64,000 nucleotides of DNA, taken from an uncultured Thermoanaerobaculia bacterium (GTDB taxonomy: Bacteria; Acidobacteriota; Thermoanaerobaculia; Gp7-AA8). The position numbers and the translations under genes are program-made. How positions within the stretch are numbered: the stretch's first letter is position 1; every line of letters starts with the position of its first letter. Shown piece after piece: positions 25,549 to 33,758 of this stretch. Below the pieces are notes generated by a model, which was not told the DNA's origin, did not search any database, and saw only the letters and a program-made list of their open reading frames with translations. The DNA lies in assembly GCA_964558905.1 (NCBI GenBank), contig CAZLGP010000232.1:34824-98823 (forward strand). Direction: 5' to 3'.

Positions 25549-25849
25549 GTGGCGCGGTTGCCGGCGGCTGCAGCGGCCGAGTTGGCGCGCGAGTTTCTCG
25601 ATCTGACGCCCGGCGAGTCCGCGTTCGTGGAGATCAAGCTCGCCCTTGCACGACGGGTTCGGGAACTTCGGGAGGAGCACTGGACGCAGGCCGAGTTTGC
25701 GAGACGCGTTGGATCAGAGTCAGTCCAGAGTCGCGAAAACGGAAGCGGCCGATCCCCCAGTGAGCGTTGATCTACTCGTTCGATCGTTGCTCGCTGCAGG
25801 TGCCGATCGTCGCGAGCTCGGACGCGTCGTCGGCTCTCGGCGACGTTAA
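25549..25849 (+). pseudogene. XRE-family HTH antitoxin-like gene, frameshifted
   Basis: FLDLTPGESAFVEIKLALARRVRELREEHWTQAEFARRVG in one frame. SQSRVAKTEAADPPVSVDLLVRSLLAAGADRRELGRVVG follows in the next frame. Junction near 25715 splits the HTH. Confidence 0.55.
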
Positions 25850-25931
25850 CGGAGTGGTCGACGAGACCGTCGATCAACTACGAGTTGCAGGCCAAGCCGG
25901 CAACCTCGCCGCTTCACGGTCCGCGGCTGCA

Positions 25932-26570
25932 TCACTTGATACATACGGCGATGTCGTTCGCAATAGCCTGCTCGTCGTACACTGTCAGGCGCCGATCGAG
26001 TCGTTGTAGGGAGTAACTCAAGCGGCCTACGTGCAAGACGAGTGAGCGGAGATCGAGATCTTGAGGACGGCTACGGAGCCCCTCCCGGACGCGATCGTAC
26101 AGCCACTCCGCCTCGGCCGGCCCTGCCTGCCGCATGGCGCGATTGACGAGACGCTGAAGCGCGACCGCCGACGCCTCGTTGCTCGCATTCATGAGACTCG
26201 TCAGCCAAAGCAGAACCTTCTCCATGCGTCCAGCAGGGAAGGCGAAACACTCAAAATACCACTCTACCGTCCCGAATGTAGCCGGATCGCGGACCAATGC
26301 TGCCAACGTTGGTGAAGCCTCTGCGAATAACGCTTCGAGCGTTGGCACGAACCCGATCCGTTCGCTCCGTAACGCGGAGTCGAGCTCGTGCAACGCTGAG
26401 GTGGAGCGGCTTCGACCGAAAGTCCGAATCAGGCGGTGAATGCGATCGGCACGCTGCTCCCGATTCGCTGCCGCCGATCGTTCTTGGCGGACCCGAGCCC
26501 AGATATAGATCAGCGGTATGGCGACAAAGAACGCCAGCGCCACGAGAACGCAACCCATGTCTTCCGTCAT
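25932..26570 (-). CDS. Hypothetical protein with one N-terminal transmembrane helix
   Basis: N-terminus MTEDMGCVLVALAFFVAIPLIYIWARV. Remainder helical with no recognised motif. AAGG 7 nt upstream of the ATG. Confidence 0.5.
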   Translation of the reverse strand: MTEDMGCVLVALAFFVAIPLIYIWARVRQERSAAANREQRADRIHRLIRTFGRSRSTSALHELDSALRSERIGFVPTLEALFAEASPTLAALVRDPATFGTVEWYFECFAFPAGRMEKVLLWLTSLMNASNEASAVALQRLVNRAMRQAGPAEAEWLYDRVREGLRSRPQDLDLRSLVLHVGRLSYSLQRLDRRLTVYDEQAIANDIAVCIK

Positions 26571-27075
26571 GTGTCGACCTTACGCCGCGTTGCGCGGCCT
26601 TCTTTTACCTCGCACCCTATTTTGACACCGGCTCGCACAAAAAGAGGGGGCTCATGGTCGAGATCTTGCGGTTGGCCCGGCTACAGTAACGGACTAGCAC
26701 TCAGCCGCGCCAATCCGCACGGGTAAGTCTATCGCGCTTCGAACTCACGTGGCGCGGGTTGGCGACGGGCAGTGCAGAGCTAGACAGCGTGGCGCCGCCT
26801 ACGAGTCTCGCGGCCGGCTGAGATGTTTCCAACGACCAATCCTATGAGCCGCCTCGCGAACGATGTGCTCAGAGAGTTTCTTCCAGTCTCGCCCCGGGGG
26901 TCGGGCTGCCGACAAGACCTCCGTCGGCAAATTCACACGAACTGTTCGGTTCTATCCTGGACTCGATCTCGACGTGGGAATGCCCACGGTGATCGTGTCC
27001 CACTCGAGTTTCGCCGACGATGATTTAAGACGAAGACGCGCCGCATACGCTTCGGGTAGGCTGGCGGCAAGCTTC

Positions 27076-28071
27076 CTACGCCCGCCTCACAAGAGCTATT
27101 GCTCTGACCGCCGACGGCGCCAACGTGGCATCGATGCGGGCAGCGCCTGAGAATGTCTTTGTCTCGAGAGGATTGACCACCATGCCAGAGTGATCAATGT
27201 CCTTGTCGAGTTCGTGGCCATTGTTATCCAACACTCGACACTCGATGCGGTAGGCAGACGGTCCCCTGGAACGGTTCGTTATCTCCACCTGCCAGCCGAA
27301 GCGCCAGAAGGGCGTTTCAGGCTTCAACAGGCGACAGGTGAAGTTCTTTGCGGAGGTGGTCTCGGGTTCGGCGCATTCCACCACAGTTGACAGCCAGCCG
27401 CTGAGCGCCACTGAGGGCGGCGGATCTGATGCTGGTAAGGAGGGTGTAACCAGAGCGGCGGGAAGCGAGAAGTCGCCGGCCGACAGCCAGTCCGCTCCAG
27501 AGTCGTCTGCCTCGCAGCCGGCGAGTCGCAGACGATTCACGAGGTCCCTCCGTGTGGTGGCGGCATTGGATAGCCGAACAATATGGCGCCCGGCGTTGTC
27601 ACTGAACGGCTTCACGTGTCCCAGTTCAACAAACACCGTATTGTCCGGAGATCTGGCGAGAGCTAGGCCGGCTTCGAACAGGACGTTCGGGCGTGCCTGT
27701 GGCGATAAGTCGCGCTCGACCGGCGGTTCGGAAACACCCCACAGCGACGGAGAAAGCCGCACTTCATCGTCACCGGTCAACAGCACGACGACCGCCTGGG
27801 CCTCAGCGAACGCGGCGTCGAGGATCTCTGCGATCATCGGGGATGGCCTGCCGGTACGGGCGACGGCCTGCGTCCATTCGAGGGGGCGCAGGCTCACGCT
27901 ACGCAGGAATGCGAAGAGGGCGTCGCGCGCAGCGACGTTCCTTCCGTGAACCACGAATACTGTGTCCTTGCGTGGCAAGATTGCCCTCAATCTGTTTTCA
28001 GGACTATCAAATCCTGACCGGGCGGCTTCGCACAAGCCGCCGAACTCATTTCGGTCTCTCTCGAGCCCCAT
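27076..28071 (-). CDS. TIR-like domain protein (Cap12/PycTIR-type, PF10137-like) with uncharacterised C-terminal domain
   Basis: Strings TVFVVHGRNVAARDALFAFLRSVSLRPLEW, AQAVVVLLTGDDE, QARPNVLFEAGLAL (conserved F-E-x-G Glu), FSDNAGRHIVRL. Residues ~190-331 are unrecognised and beta-rich (FWRFGWQVEITNRSRGPSAYRIECRVLDNNGHEL). Confidence 0.75.
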   Translation of the reverse strand: MGLERDRNEFGGLCEAARSGFDSPENRLRAILPRKDTVFVVHGRNVAARDALFAFLRSVSLRPLEWTQAVARTGRPSPMIAEILDAAFAEAQAVVVLLTGDDEVRLSPSLWGVSEPPVERDLSPQARPNVLFEAGLALARSPDNTVFVELGHVKPFSDNAGRHIVRLSNAATTRRDLVNRLRLAGCEADDSGADWLSAGDFSLPAALVTPSLPASDPPPSVALSGWLSTVVECAEPETTSAKNFTCRLLKPETPFWRFGWQVEITNRSRGPSAYRIECRVLDNNGHELDKDIDHSGMVVNPLETKTFSGAARIDATLAPSAVRAIALVRRA

Positions 28072-28135
28072 CTACATGTAGATACAAGTCTATACCCGTA
28101 GATATCTACATCTACCGGTAGATATCTGCTGCCGC
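28072..28135. promoter_or_regulatory. AT-rich cluster of three TAGAT/ATCTA dyads abutting the TIR-like gene start (putative operator)
   Basis: TCTACATGTAGA (overlaps the ATG), GTAGATATCTAC (perfect 12-bp palindrome), GTAGATATCTGC. On the coding strand ...CTACATGTAGATGGGG gives an ATG-TAG mini-ORF fused to the start codon. No GGAG-type RBS is visible. Confidence 0.45.
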
Positions 28136-28178
28136 GCACCCCGCGCGCGCTCGACCCTCTGTACTCCCACTCCAAACC

Positions 28179-29489
28179 TCACCGCGCCCGAATCGCGCGC
28201 AGCGCGCTTGTCCGCGCCTCTGCCTCCCGCGACTCTGCCTCCCGTCCGAGGGTCTTGTAGATCCATACGAGTTGCAGTGGGGGGCGGAAGTCGGCGGGTT
28301 CGAGGGATGAGGCGCGGTCGAACATCTCGGCGGCCTCCTCGAGCTTCGCCTCGCGCACGCGGAGGTGGCCGAGGCGGTAGTAGGCCTCGGCGGAGCGAGG
28401 GTTGATGGAGATCGCGAGCTCGAGCTCCTGGGACGCCTCCGCGAAGCGCTCCTCGGCGATGAGGACGTGGCCGCGGCTGATGTGGGTCTCGGCGAGTTGG
28501 GGCGCGAGCTCGACCGCGCGCGTGGACGCGTCGTCGGCGCGCTGCAGGAGGGTCGCGGAACGGCGAATCCCATACAGCTCGGCGAGGGCGTCGGCGAGGC
28601 CGGCGTGCGCGGGCGCGTACTCGGCGTCGAAGTCGATGGCGAGCTCAAACATCCCCACGGCGGCGTCGAAGGACTCGGGCGTGGCCTCGCTGAGGTAGGT
28701 GCGGCCGCGCAGGTGGAACTCGTAAGCGTCGATGCGCACGGGAGTGGAGCGGAGCACGTCGCGCTGGCGGTCGACCATCACGCCGAGGAGGACGCGCGCG
28801 GTCTTGTTCGCAATCTCTTCCTGCAGCGCGAAGATGTCGCCGAGCTGGCGATCGTATTTCTCGGACCAGACGTGATGGCCCTTGGCGGTGTCGACGAGGT
28901 GGACGGTGATGCGCATCCGGTCCTCGGACTTGCGGACGCTCCCGCGCAGCACGTGGCCGACGCCGAGCTTCGTACCGAGCTCGCGGACGTCGTCGTCTTC
29001 GCGAAAGTCGAACGCGGTCGCGCGGGACACAACGCGGATCTCCTGGATGCGCGTCAGGGTGTTGATCAGCTCCTCGGCGATGCCGTCGCAGAAGTGACGC
29101 TGATCGTGCGCGGGGCTGAGATCGGTGAACGGCAGGACGGCGATGGACTTGGGATCCAGCACCGGTGCCGCCGATACAGACGCAACAGCGGCGAGGGCGC
29201 CGACGAAGCGGAAGCCGCGGCCGTAGACGGTGCGGATCCAGCGCGGCTCGGTCGGGGAGTCGCCGAGGGCGCGGCGCGCGTCGCGGATGGCGGTGGTGAG
29301 CGCGGACTCCGAAACGTGCACGTCGGGCCAGAGCTTGTCGAGGAGCTCCTCCTTCGGCACGACCCGGTCGCGATGCTCGATCAGGTAGTTGAGAACTTCC
29401 AGGACACGCGGCTCGGCCTTGACGGACGCACCGTCGCGGCGCAGCTCATAACGGTCGAGATTGAGCTCGAACTCACCAAAACGGAACAT
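28179..29489 (-). CDS. Winged-helix (OmpR/CadC-type) DNA-binding protein with TolB-N-like and TPR domains
   Basis: MFRFGEFELNLDRYELRRDG..EPRVLEVLNYLIEHRDRVVPKEELLDKLWP..WIRTVYGRGFRF. Central SIAVLPFTDLS.. module. C-terminal TPR-like repeats. Start taken at Met11. Confidence 0.8.
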   Translation of the reverse strand: MFRFGEFELNLDRYELRRDGASVKAEPRVLEVLNYLIEHRDRVVPKEELLDKLWPDVHVSESALTTAIRDARRALGDSPTEPRWIRTVYGRGFRFVGALAAVASVSAAPVLDPKSIAVLPFTDLSPAHDQRHFCDGIAEELINTLTRIQEIRVVSRATAFDFREDDDVRELGTKLGVGHVLRGSVRKSEDRMRITVHLVDTAKGHHVWSEKYDRQLGDIFALQEEIANKTARVLLGVMVDRQRDVLRSTPVRIDAYEFHLRGRTYLSEATPESFDAAVGMFELAIDFDAEYAPAHAGLADALAELYGIRRSATLLQRADDASTRAVELAPQLAETHISRGHVLIAEERFAEASQELELAISINPRSAEAYYRLGHLRVREAKLEEAAEMFDRASSLEPADFRPPLQLVWIYKTLGREAESREAEARTSALRAIRAR

Positions 29490-29577
29490 GGAAGGATTGA
29501 TCCCGAACTTTCCCCACATTCTCTCCCGGATTCGCGGGGCGCACGGACTCTACCTTGCGTGTAACCGGTTACGGGGA

Positions 29578-29800
29578 GCGGTTGGCGATTGGCGGTTGGC
29601 GGTTGGCGGAGATGAGGATGAGCGCCGCATCTGACCTGCTCGGCCGACCGGCTCCGCCACCCGCCAACCGCCAACCGGAGTCAGTGATGTACCAGGAGCC
29701 ACCTGCCGGCAGCGCGGATGTCTGGAAAACCGGAGAGGGATGCGCGCCGTACCTGACCTGCTCCGCCAACCGCCAACCGCCAACCGCCAACCGCCAACCG
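29578..29800. repeat. Heptamer inverted array H5 with tandemly duplicated right arm
   Basis: Left arm GCGGTTGGCGATTGGCGGTTGGCGGTTGGCGG at 29578-29609. Right arm CCGCCACCCGCCAACCGCCAACCGG at 29654-29678. Second right arm (CGCCAAC)x5 at 29763-29800. Confidence 0.85.
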
Positions 29801-29808
29801 GAGAATCG

Positions 29809-30996
29809 ATGTCAGTGATGTACCAGGAGCCACCTACCGCCAGCGCGGATGTTTATGCAAACCGGATCGGACGCACGCTCAACAGCGGGTTCGTCTCCCT
29901 GATGATCAGCATCGGTCACCGGACCCGTCTCTTCGACGTGATGGCGTCGCTGCCGCCGTCGACGAGCAACGCCGTCGCCGACGCGGCCGGCCTCACGGAG
30001 CGCTACGTGCGCGAGTGGCTGGCGGCGATGACGACGGCGCGCATCGTCCACTACGACGTCCGCACGGGGACGTACTTTCTGCCGATCGAATACGCGGCGG
30101 TGCTGGGCCGCGGAGCGGGCTCGGGCAATCTCGCGCCGGCCGCGCAGCTGCTGTCGATGCTGGCCGGCATCGAGGATAAGGTCGTGGCCGGATTCCACGG
30201 AGGCGGCGGCGTGATGCCGGAGGCATACGACCGGCTGCATGCGTTCCTCGCGGAAGAGAAGCATCTGCACATCGACGAGGAGTATGTGGAAGAGCTGCTC
30301 GAGCTGATGCCGGGGATGGACCTGCGTCTCGCCGCCGGCGCGTGCGTGCTGGACGCCGGGTGCGGCGACGGCGCGGTGCTGATGGTCCTGGCGCGGATGT
30401 TCCCCCGCTCCGCATTCCGCGGCTATGACATCTCACAGGCGGCGATCGACCGCGCGAACGAGCGCGTCGACGAGGCGGGCCTGCAGAACATCGATTTTGC
30501 CGTCGGCGACATGGCCTCGCTCGACGAGCCGCGCGCGTACGATCTGGTGCTGGCTCTGGAATCGATTCACGAACAGGCGTTCCCTCGTCTCGTCCTGAGC
30601 AACATCGCGAACGCACTCAAGCGCGACGGCGTGTTCCTGATGCAGGAGGTCGCCGCATCGAGCCATCTCGCGCGCAACGTGGAGAACCCGTTCGCGCCGA
30701 TGCTCTACGCGCTCTCGCTCCTCCACGCCGTCCCGGTCTCCCTCGCCCAGGACGGCGAAGCCCTCGGCCGCATGTGGGGCGAGGAGCGCGCCCGCCAGAT
30801 GCTGCAGGAGGCGGGATTCACGAAGACGCGGTTCGACGGGATCGCCGCGGATCCGCTGCGGTATTACTGCGTGGCCACGCGTCAATCTTCGTCTTCGTCA
30901 ATCCTGAGCGAGCGCAGCGAGTCGAAGGATCAGGTGAGCCCTCTCGCTGGACGTGCATCGGAGCGCTTTGCGAGAGGGCAGTCGCCAAAATCCTGA
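29809..30996 (+). CDS. Class I SAM-dependent methyltransferase with N-terminal winged-helix-like dimerisation region
   Basis: Start MSVMYQE (Met24 of track ORF). Motif I VLDAGCGDGAVLM, DLVLALESIHE. The last ~30 aa (ILSERSESKDQVSPLAGRASERFARGQSPKS) are encoded by REP units. Confidence 0.8.
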   Translation: MSVMYQEPPTASADVYANRIGRTLNSGFVSLMISIGHRTRLFDVMASLPPSTSNAVADAAGLTERYVREWLAAMTTARIVHYDVRTGTYFLPIEYAAVLGRGAGSGNLAPAAQLLSMLAGIEDKVVAGFHGGGGVMPEAYDRLHAFLAEEKHLHIDEEYVEELLELMPGMDLRLAAGACVLDAGCGDGAVLMVLARMFPRSAFRGYDISQAAIDRANERVDEAGLQNIDFAVGDMASLDEPRAYDLVLALESIHEQAFPRLVLSNIANALKRDGVFLMQEVAASSHLARNVENPFAPMLYALSLLHAVPVSLAQDGEALGRMWGEERARQMLQEAGFTKTRFDGIAADPLRYYCVATRQSSSSSILSERSESKDQVSPLAGRASERFARGQSPKS

Positions 30997-31194
30997 GTGA
31001 GCGAAGCGAGTCGAAGGATCAAGCGAGCCCTCACGGTTGGCGTGCATCGGAGCGCGCTGCGTGAGGGCAGTCGCCAAAATCCTGTGTGAGCGAAGCGAGT
31101 CGAAGGATCAACGGAGCCCTCACGCTGGACGTGCATCGGAGCGCTTTGCGAGAGGGCTCCCTTGATCCTTCGCCGCTGTGCGGCTCAGGATTTG
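30898..31194. repeat. Three tandem ~89-bp REP units plus a closing inverted half-unit
   Basis: Unit (A)ATCCTGAGCGAGCGCAGCGAGTCGAAGGATCA..GAGCCCTC..GCATCGGAGCGC..GAGGGCAGTCGCCAA at 30898, 30987 and 31076. Terminal CTTGATCCTTCGCC..GCTCAGGATTT is the inverted copy. Confidence 0.85.
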
Positions 31195-31893
31195 TGGGGG
31201 GGGGCCGGCGAGCTTCCGCACCATCGCCAGCAGCAGCGACGCCTCGCGCGTCGTCAGGACCGCGCGGCCGGTGATGGCTTGGAGCTCCGCGCACATGCGG
31301 TCGGGGCTCTTCTCGCCCCAGTAGCCGATGTCGTCGAGAAGGGCCCGGGCGTGAGTGTTGAGCCGGTGAAGGAGCTGGTGCGGCGCGGGATCGGGGTCCT
31401 TCGCGCGGGGGCGGAGTCCCTTGCCGAGCTCGTAGCAGAAGATCGCCACCGACTGGGCGAGGTTCATCGTCGGGAACTCCAGCCAGGTCGGGATGGACGC
31501 GGTGCGCTGGCAGAGCAGGACCTCGCGTCCGCTGAGGCCGTACTTCTCGCGACCGAAGACGAGCGCGAGGCGATGCTCGTCGCCGAGCTGCTCCTCGGCG
31601 ACCCGCGCGACGTCGGCGGGGGTGAGCTGTTCGTAGACCTGACGTGCGCGGACCGCGGTCGTGGCGACGGTGAGGTGGCAATCGGCGAGCGCTTCCTCCA
31701 GCGTGTCGACGCGCGTGGCCGTGTTCACGACGTCGATCGCGCCGACCGCCCACCAGCTCGACACGTTGTCGGTCCGCTCCGTTTTTCCGCCGACGATCCA
31801 GAGGTCGGTGAAGCCGAAGTTCTTCATCGCCCGCGCGGCGGCGCCGACGTTTCCGGACTCCAGCGGCTCGACGAGAACGATCCGGACCTTCAC
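31120..31893 (-). CDS. SpoU/TrmH-family RNA 2'-O-methyltransferase (TrmJ-like)
   Basis: Probable GTG start at 31893 (VKVRIVLVEPLESGNVGAAARAMKNFGF). The track start at 31950 is a GTG inside a heptamer repeat. String MNLAQSVAIFCYEL. The C-terminal ~25 aa are encoded by REP sequence. Confidence 0.8.
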   Translation of the reverse strand: MKVRIVLVEPLESGNVGAAARAMKNFGFTDLWIVGGKTERTDNVSSWWAVGAIDVVNTATRVDTLEEALADCHLTVATTAVRARQVYEQLTPADVARVAEEQLGDEHRLALVFGREKYGLSGREVLLCQRTASIPTWLEFPTMNLAQSVAIFCYELGKGLRPRAKDPDPAPHQLLHRLNTHARALLDDIGYWGEKSPDRMCAELQAITGRAVLTTREASLLLAMVRKLAGPPPQILSRTAAKDQGSPLAKRSDARPA

Positions 31894-31941
31894 GGCGGGA
31901 AGGCTATCATCGGGCCCTGCTCGAGGTAGGACCCCCGGCCG

Positions 31942-31969
31942 ACCCAGCACCCAGCACCCAGCACTCAGC
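31942..31969. repeat. Short heptamer tandem repeat (ACCCAGC)x3 + ACTCAGC
   Basis: Read directly. Lies between the trmJ-like start and the stop of the next minus-strand gene. Confidence 0.8.
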
Positions 31970-31975
31970 CCCCAC

Positions 31976-33610
31976 TCATCGCCGCACGGTGAACACGGGC
32001 CACTCTCCGAGGCGCTGGCCGAGGCTGGCGATTCCGCGGGGGTCGAATTCGAGGCCGGAGCCGGCGACGAGGTCGCGGACGGTGTTCGAGACGACGATCT
32101 CGCCGACGGCGGCGGCTTCGGCGAGCAGCGCGCCGATCTCCACGCTCACGCCGGCGATTCCTTCCGGCGTGAGCTCGCATTCGCCGGTGTGCAGTCCCGC
32201 GGCGAGCCGCAGCCCGCGCGCTTCGGAGGCGTCGAGGAGTGCGCGGGCGCAGCGGATCGCGCGCGCGGGGCCGTCGAACGTGGCCACGAGCGCGTCGTCG
32301 ATGCGGGCGATCTTCTCTCCCTGGAACCAGCGGATCTCGCGCGTCGCGTCTCGATCGAGCTCGTTGGAGAAATGGTCCATGCGGACGAAGAGCAGCGTTG
32401 CCAGGACGCGCGTTCGATCCGTTCCGCCGCCGAGCTCCCTGACGATACGCTGAACGAAACGCTGAACGGCTTCGAGGATCGCGTCCTGATCGCCGACGAA
32501 CGGGAGGTGGTCATTGCCCGGCAGCTCGAGGAACCGCGCGCCGGGGATCCGCTCGGCGATGTATCGCCCTTCCTCCACACGCAGGCAGCGGTCCTCGCTG
32601 CGGTGGATCACCAGCGCCGGCACGCGGATCGTCGGGAGCACGTTGCGGATGTCGATGTCCGCGTTCATGCGCGTGAGCGCCGCGGCCGCGCCGGGGCTCG
32701 CTCCCATGCGCAGGTACGTGCTCCACCACCTCCGGAAGTCGGGATCGCCCGCGCGGCTCGGGGCCCGCTCGTCGATGCCGACCGGGCCCCCCCACTCGCG
32801 CTCGAGCATCTCGATGAAGGCCTCGCGCTGTTCCGGCGTCGGCCCCCACGGGTAGTCGTCCGCTCGCAGGCGGCGCGCGTAGCCGCCGATGATGACGATG
32901 CCGGCGGTGTGCTCGGGATATGTCGCGGCGAACAGGCTCGACATCGTGCCGCCTTCCGAGACACCCATCACGACGGCGCGCGTCGAGCCCGCGGCGTGCA
33001 TCACCGCGCGCACGTCGTCCATCCGCTCCTCGAGCGTCGGGAGCTGCGAGATCGGCACGGCGTCGGACAGGCCGGTGCCGCGCTTGTCGAAGAGGATCAG
33101 CCGCGAGAAGCTCGCCAGGCGGTTCAGAAAGCTCGCGAAGGATGGCTCCTCCCAGAACATCTCGAGGTGGGAAACCCAGCCCATGACGAACACGAGGTCG
33201 ATGGGGCCGTCGCCGATGACCTGATAGGCGATGTTGACGTTGCCGCTGCGCGCATACCGGGTGACCCGCTCGGTCTGGAGTGCGGAGGCAGCGCCTCCGC
33301 TTTCCGACACATCGGCAACGAATCGGTAGCCACGCCGGGGAATCGTCTGCACGTATTCGACCGACGGATCGGCCGCGGCGAGGGCCTTGCGCACGAGCGA
33401 GACGTTCTGGGCGAGGTTGTTCTCGTCGACGAAGGTATCGGGCCAGACGCGATCGAGCAGCTCGCGCTTCGTGAGCACCGTGCCCGAGCTCTCGACGAGC
33501 ACGCGCAGTGTCTCAAACGCCTTCGGCGCGAGGGTGATCTCCCCCTCGTGCGTGGAGAGCAGCCCCTGAGCAGTGTCGAGTCGGAAGGGTCCGAACTGGT
33601 AGACGTTCAT
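31976..33610 (-). CDS. Three-domain fusion: OmpR-type winged helix + alpha/beta hydrolase + class III nucleotidyl cyclase-like domain
   Basis: N-terminus FGPFRLDTAQGLL..KAFETLRVLVESSGTVLTKRELLDRVWP..IPRRGYRF. Middle VFVMGWVSHLE..VVMGVSEGGTM (GxSxG). C-terminus ..ATFDGPARAIRCARALL..AAGLHTGECEL..GVSVEIGA... The first metal-Asp region reads LFVRMDHFS instead of F(T/S)D(I/L)xGS. Confidence 0.8.
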   Translation of the reverse strand: MNVYQFGPFRLDTAQGLLSTHEGEITLAPKAFETLRVLVESSGTVLTKRELLDRVWPDTFVDENNLAQNVSLVRKALAAADPSVEYVQTIPRRGYRFVADVSESGGAASALQTERVTRYARSGNVNIAYQVIGDGPIDLVFVMGWVSHLEMFWEEPSFASFLNRLASFSRLILFDKRGTGLSDAVPISQLPTLEERMDDVRAVMHAAGSTRAVVMGVSEGGTMSSLFAATYPEHTAGIVIIGGYARRLRADDYPWGPTPEQREAFIEMLEREWGGPVGIDERAPSRAGDPDFRRWWSTYLRMGASPGAAAALTRMNADIDIRNVLPTIRVPALVIHRSEDRCLRVEEGRYIAERIPGARFLELPGNDHLPFVGDQDAILEAVQRFVQRIVRELGGGTDRTRVLATLLFVRMDHFSNELDRDATREIRWFQGEKIARIDDALVATFDGPARAIRCARALLDASEARGLRLAAGLHTGECELTPEGIAGVSVEIGALLAEAAAVGEIVVSNTVRDLVAGSGLEFDPRGIASLGQRLGEWPVFTVRR

Positions 33611-33758
33611 CGGTCGCTCAGGAAAACCTCAGGCGTCCTTCACGACACCGCAAGGCATGGAACGTACGTTGGCGTCAACGATTCTACGGAGGTTCCATGG
33701 CAGTCGAAGCACGAATCCCAATCAACGCTCATTTTCTTCAGCAGGAAAGGATGACCCC

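Noticed and set aside
22700-29520. Prophage or integrative element explaining the accessory island.
   Set aside because: No integrase, recombinase, transposase, phage structural gene, tRNA attachment site or flanking direct repeats were found in or near the segment.
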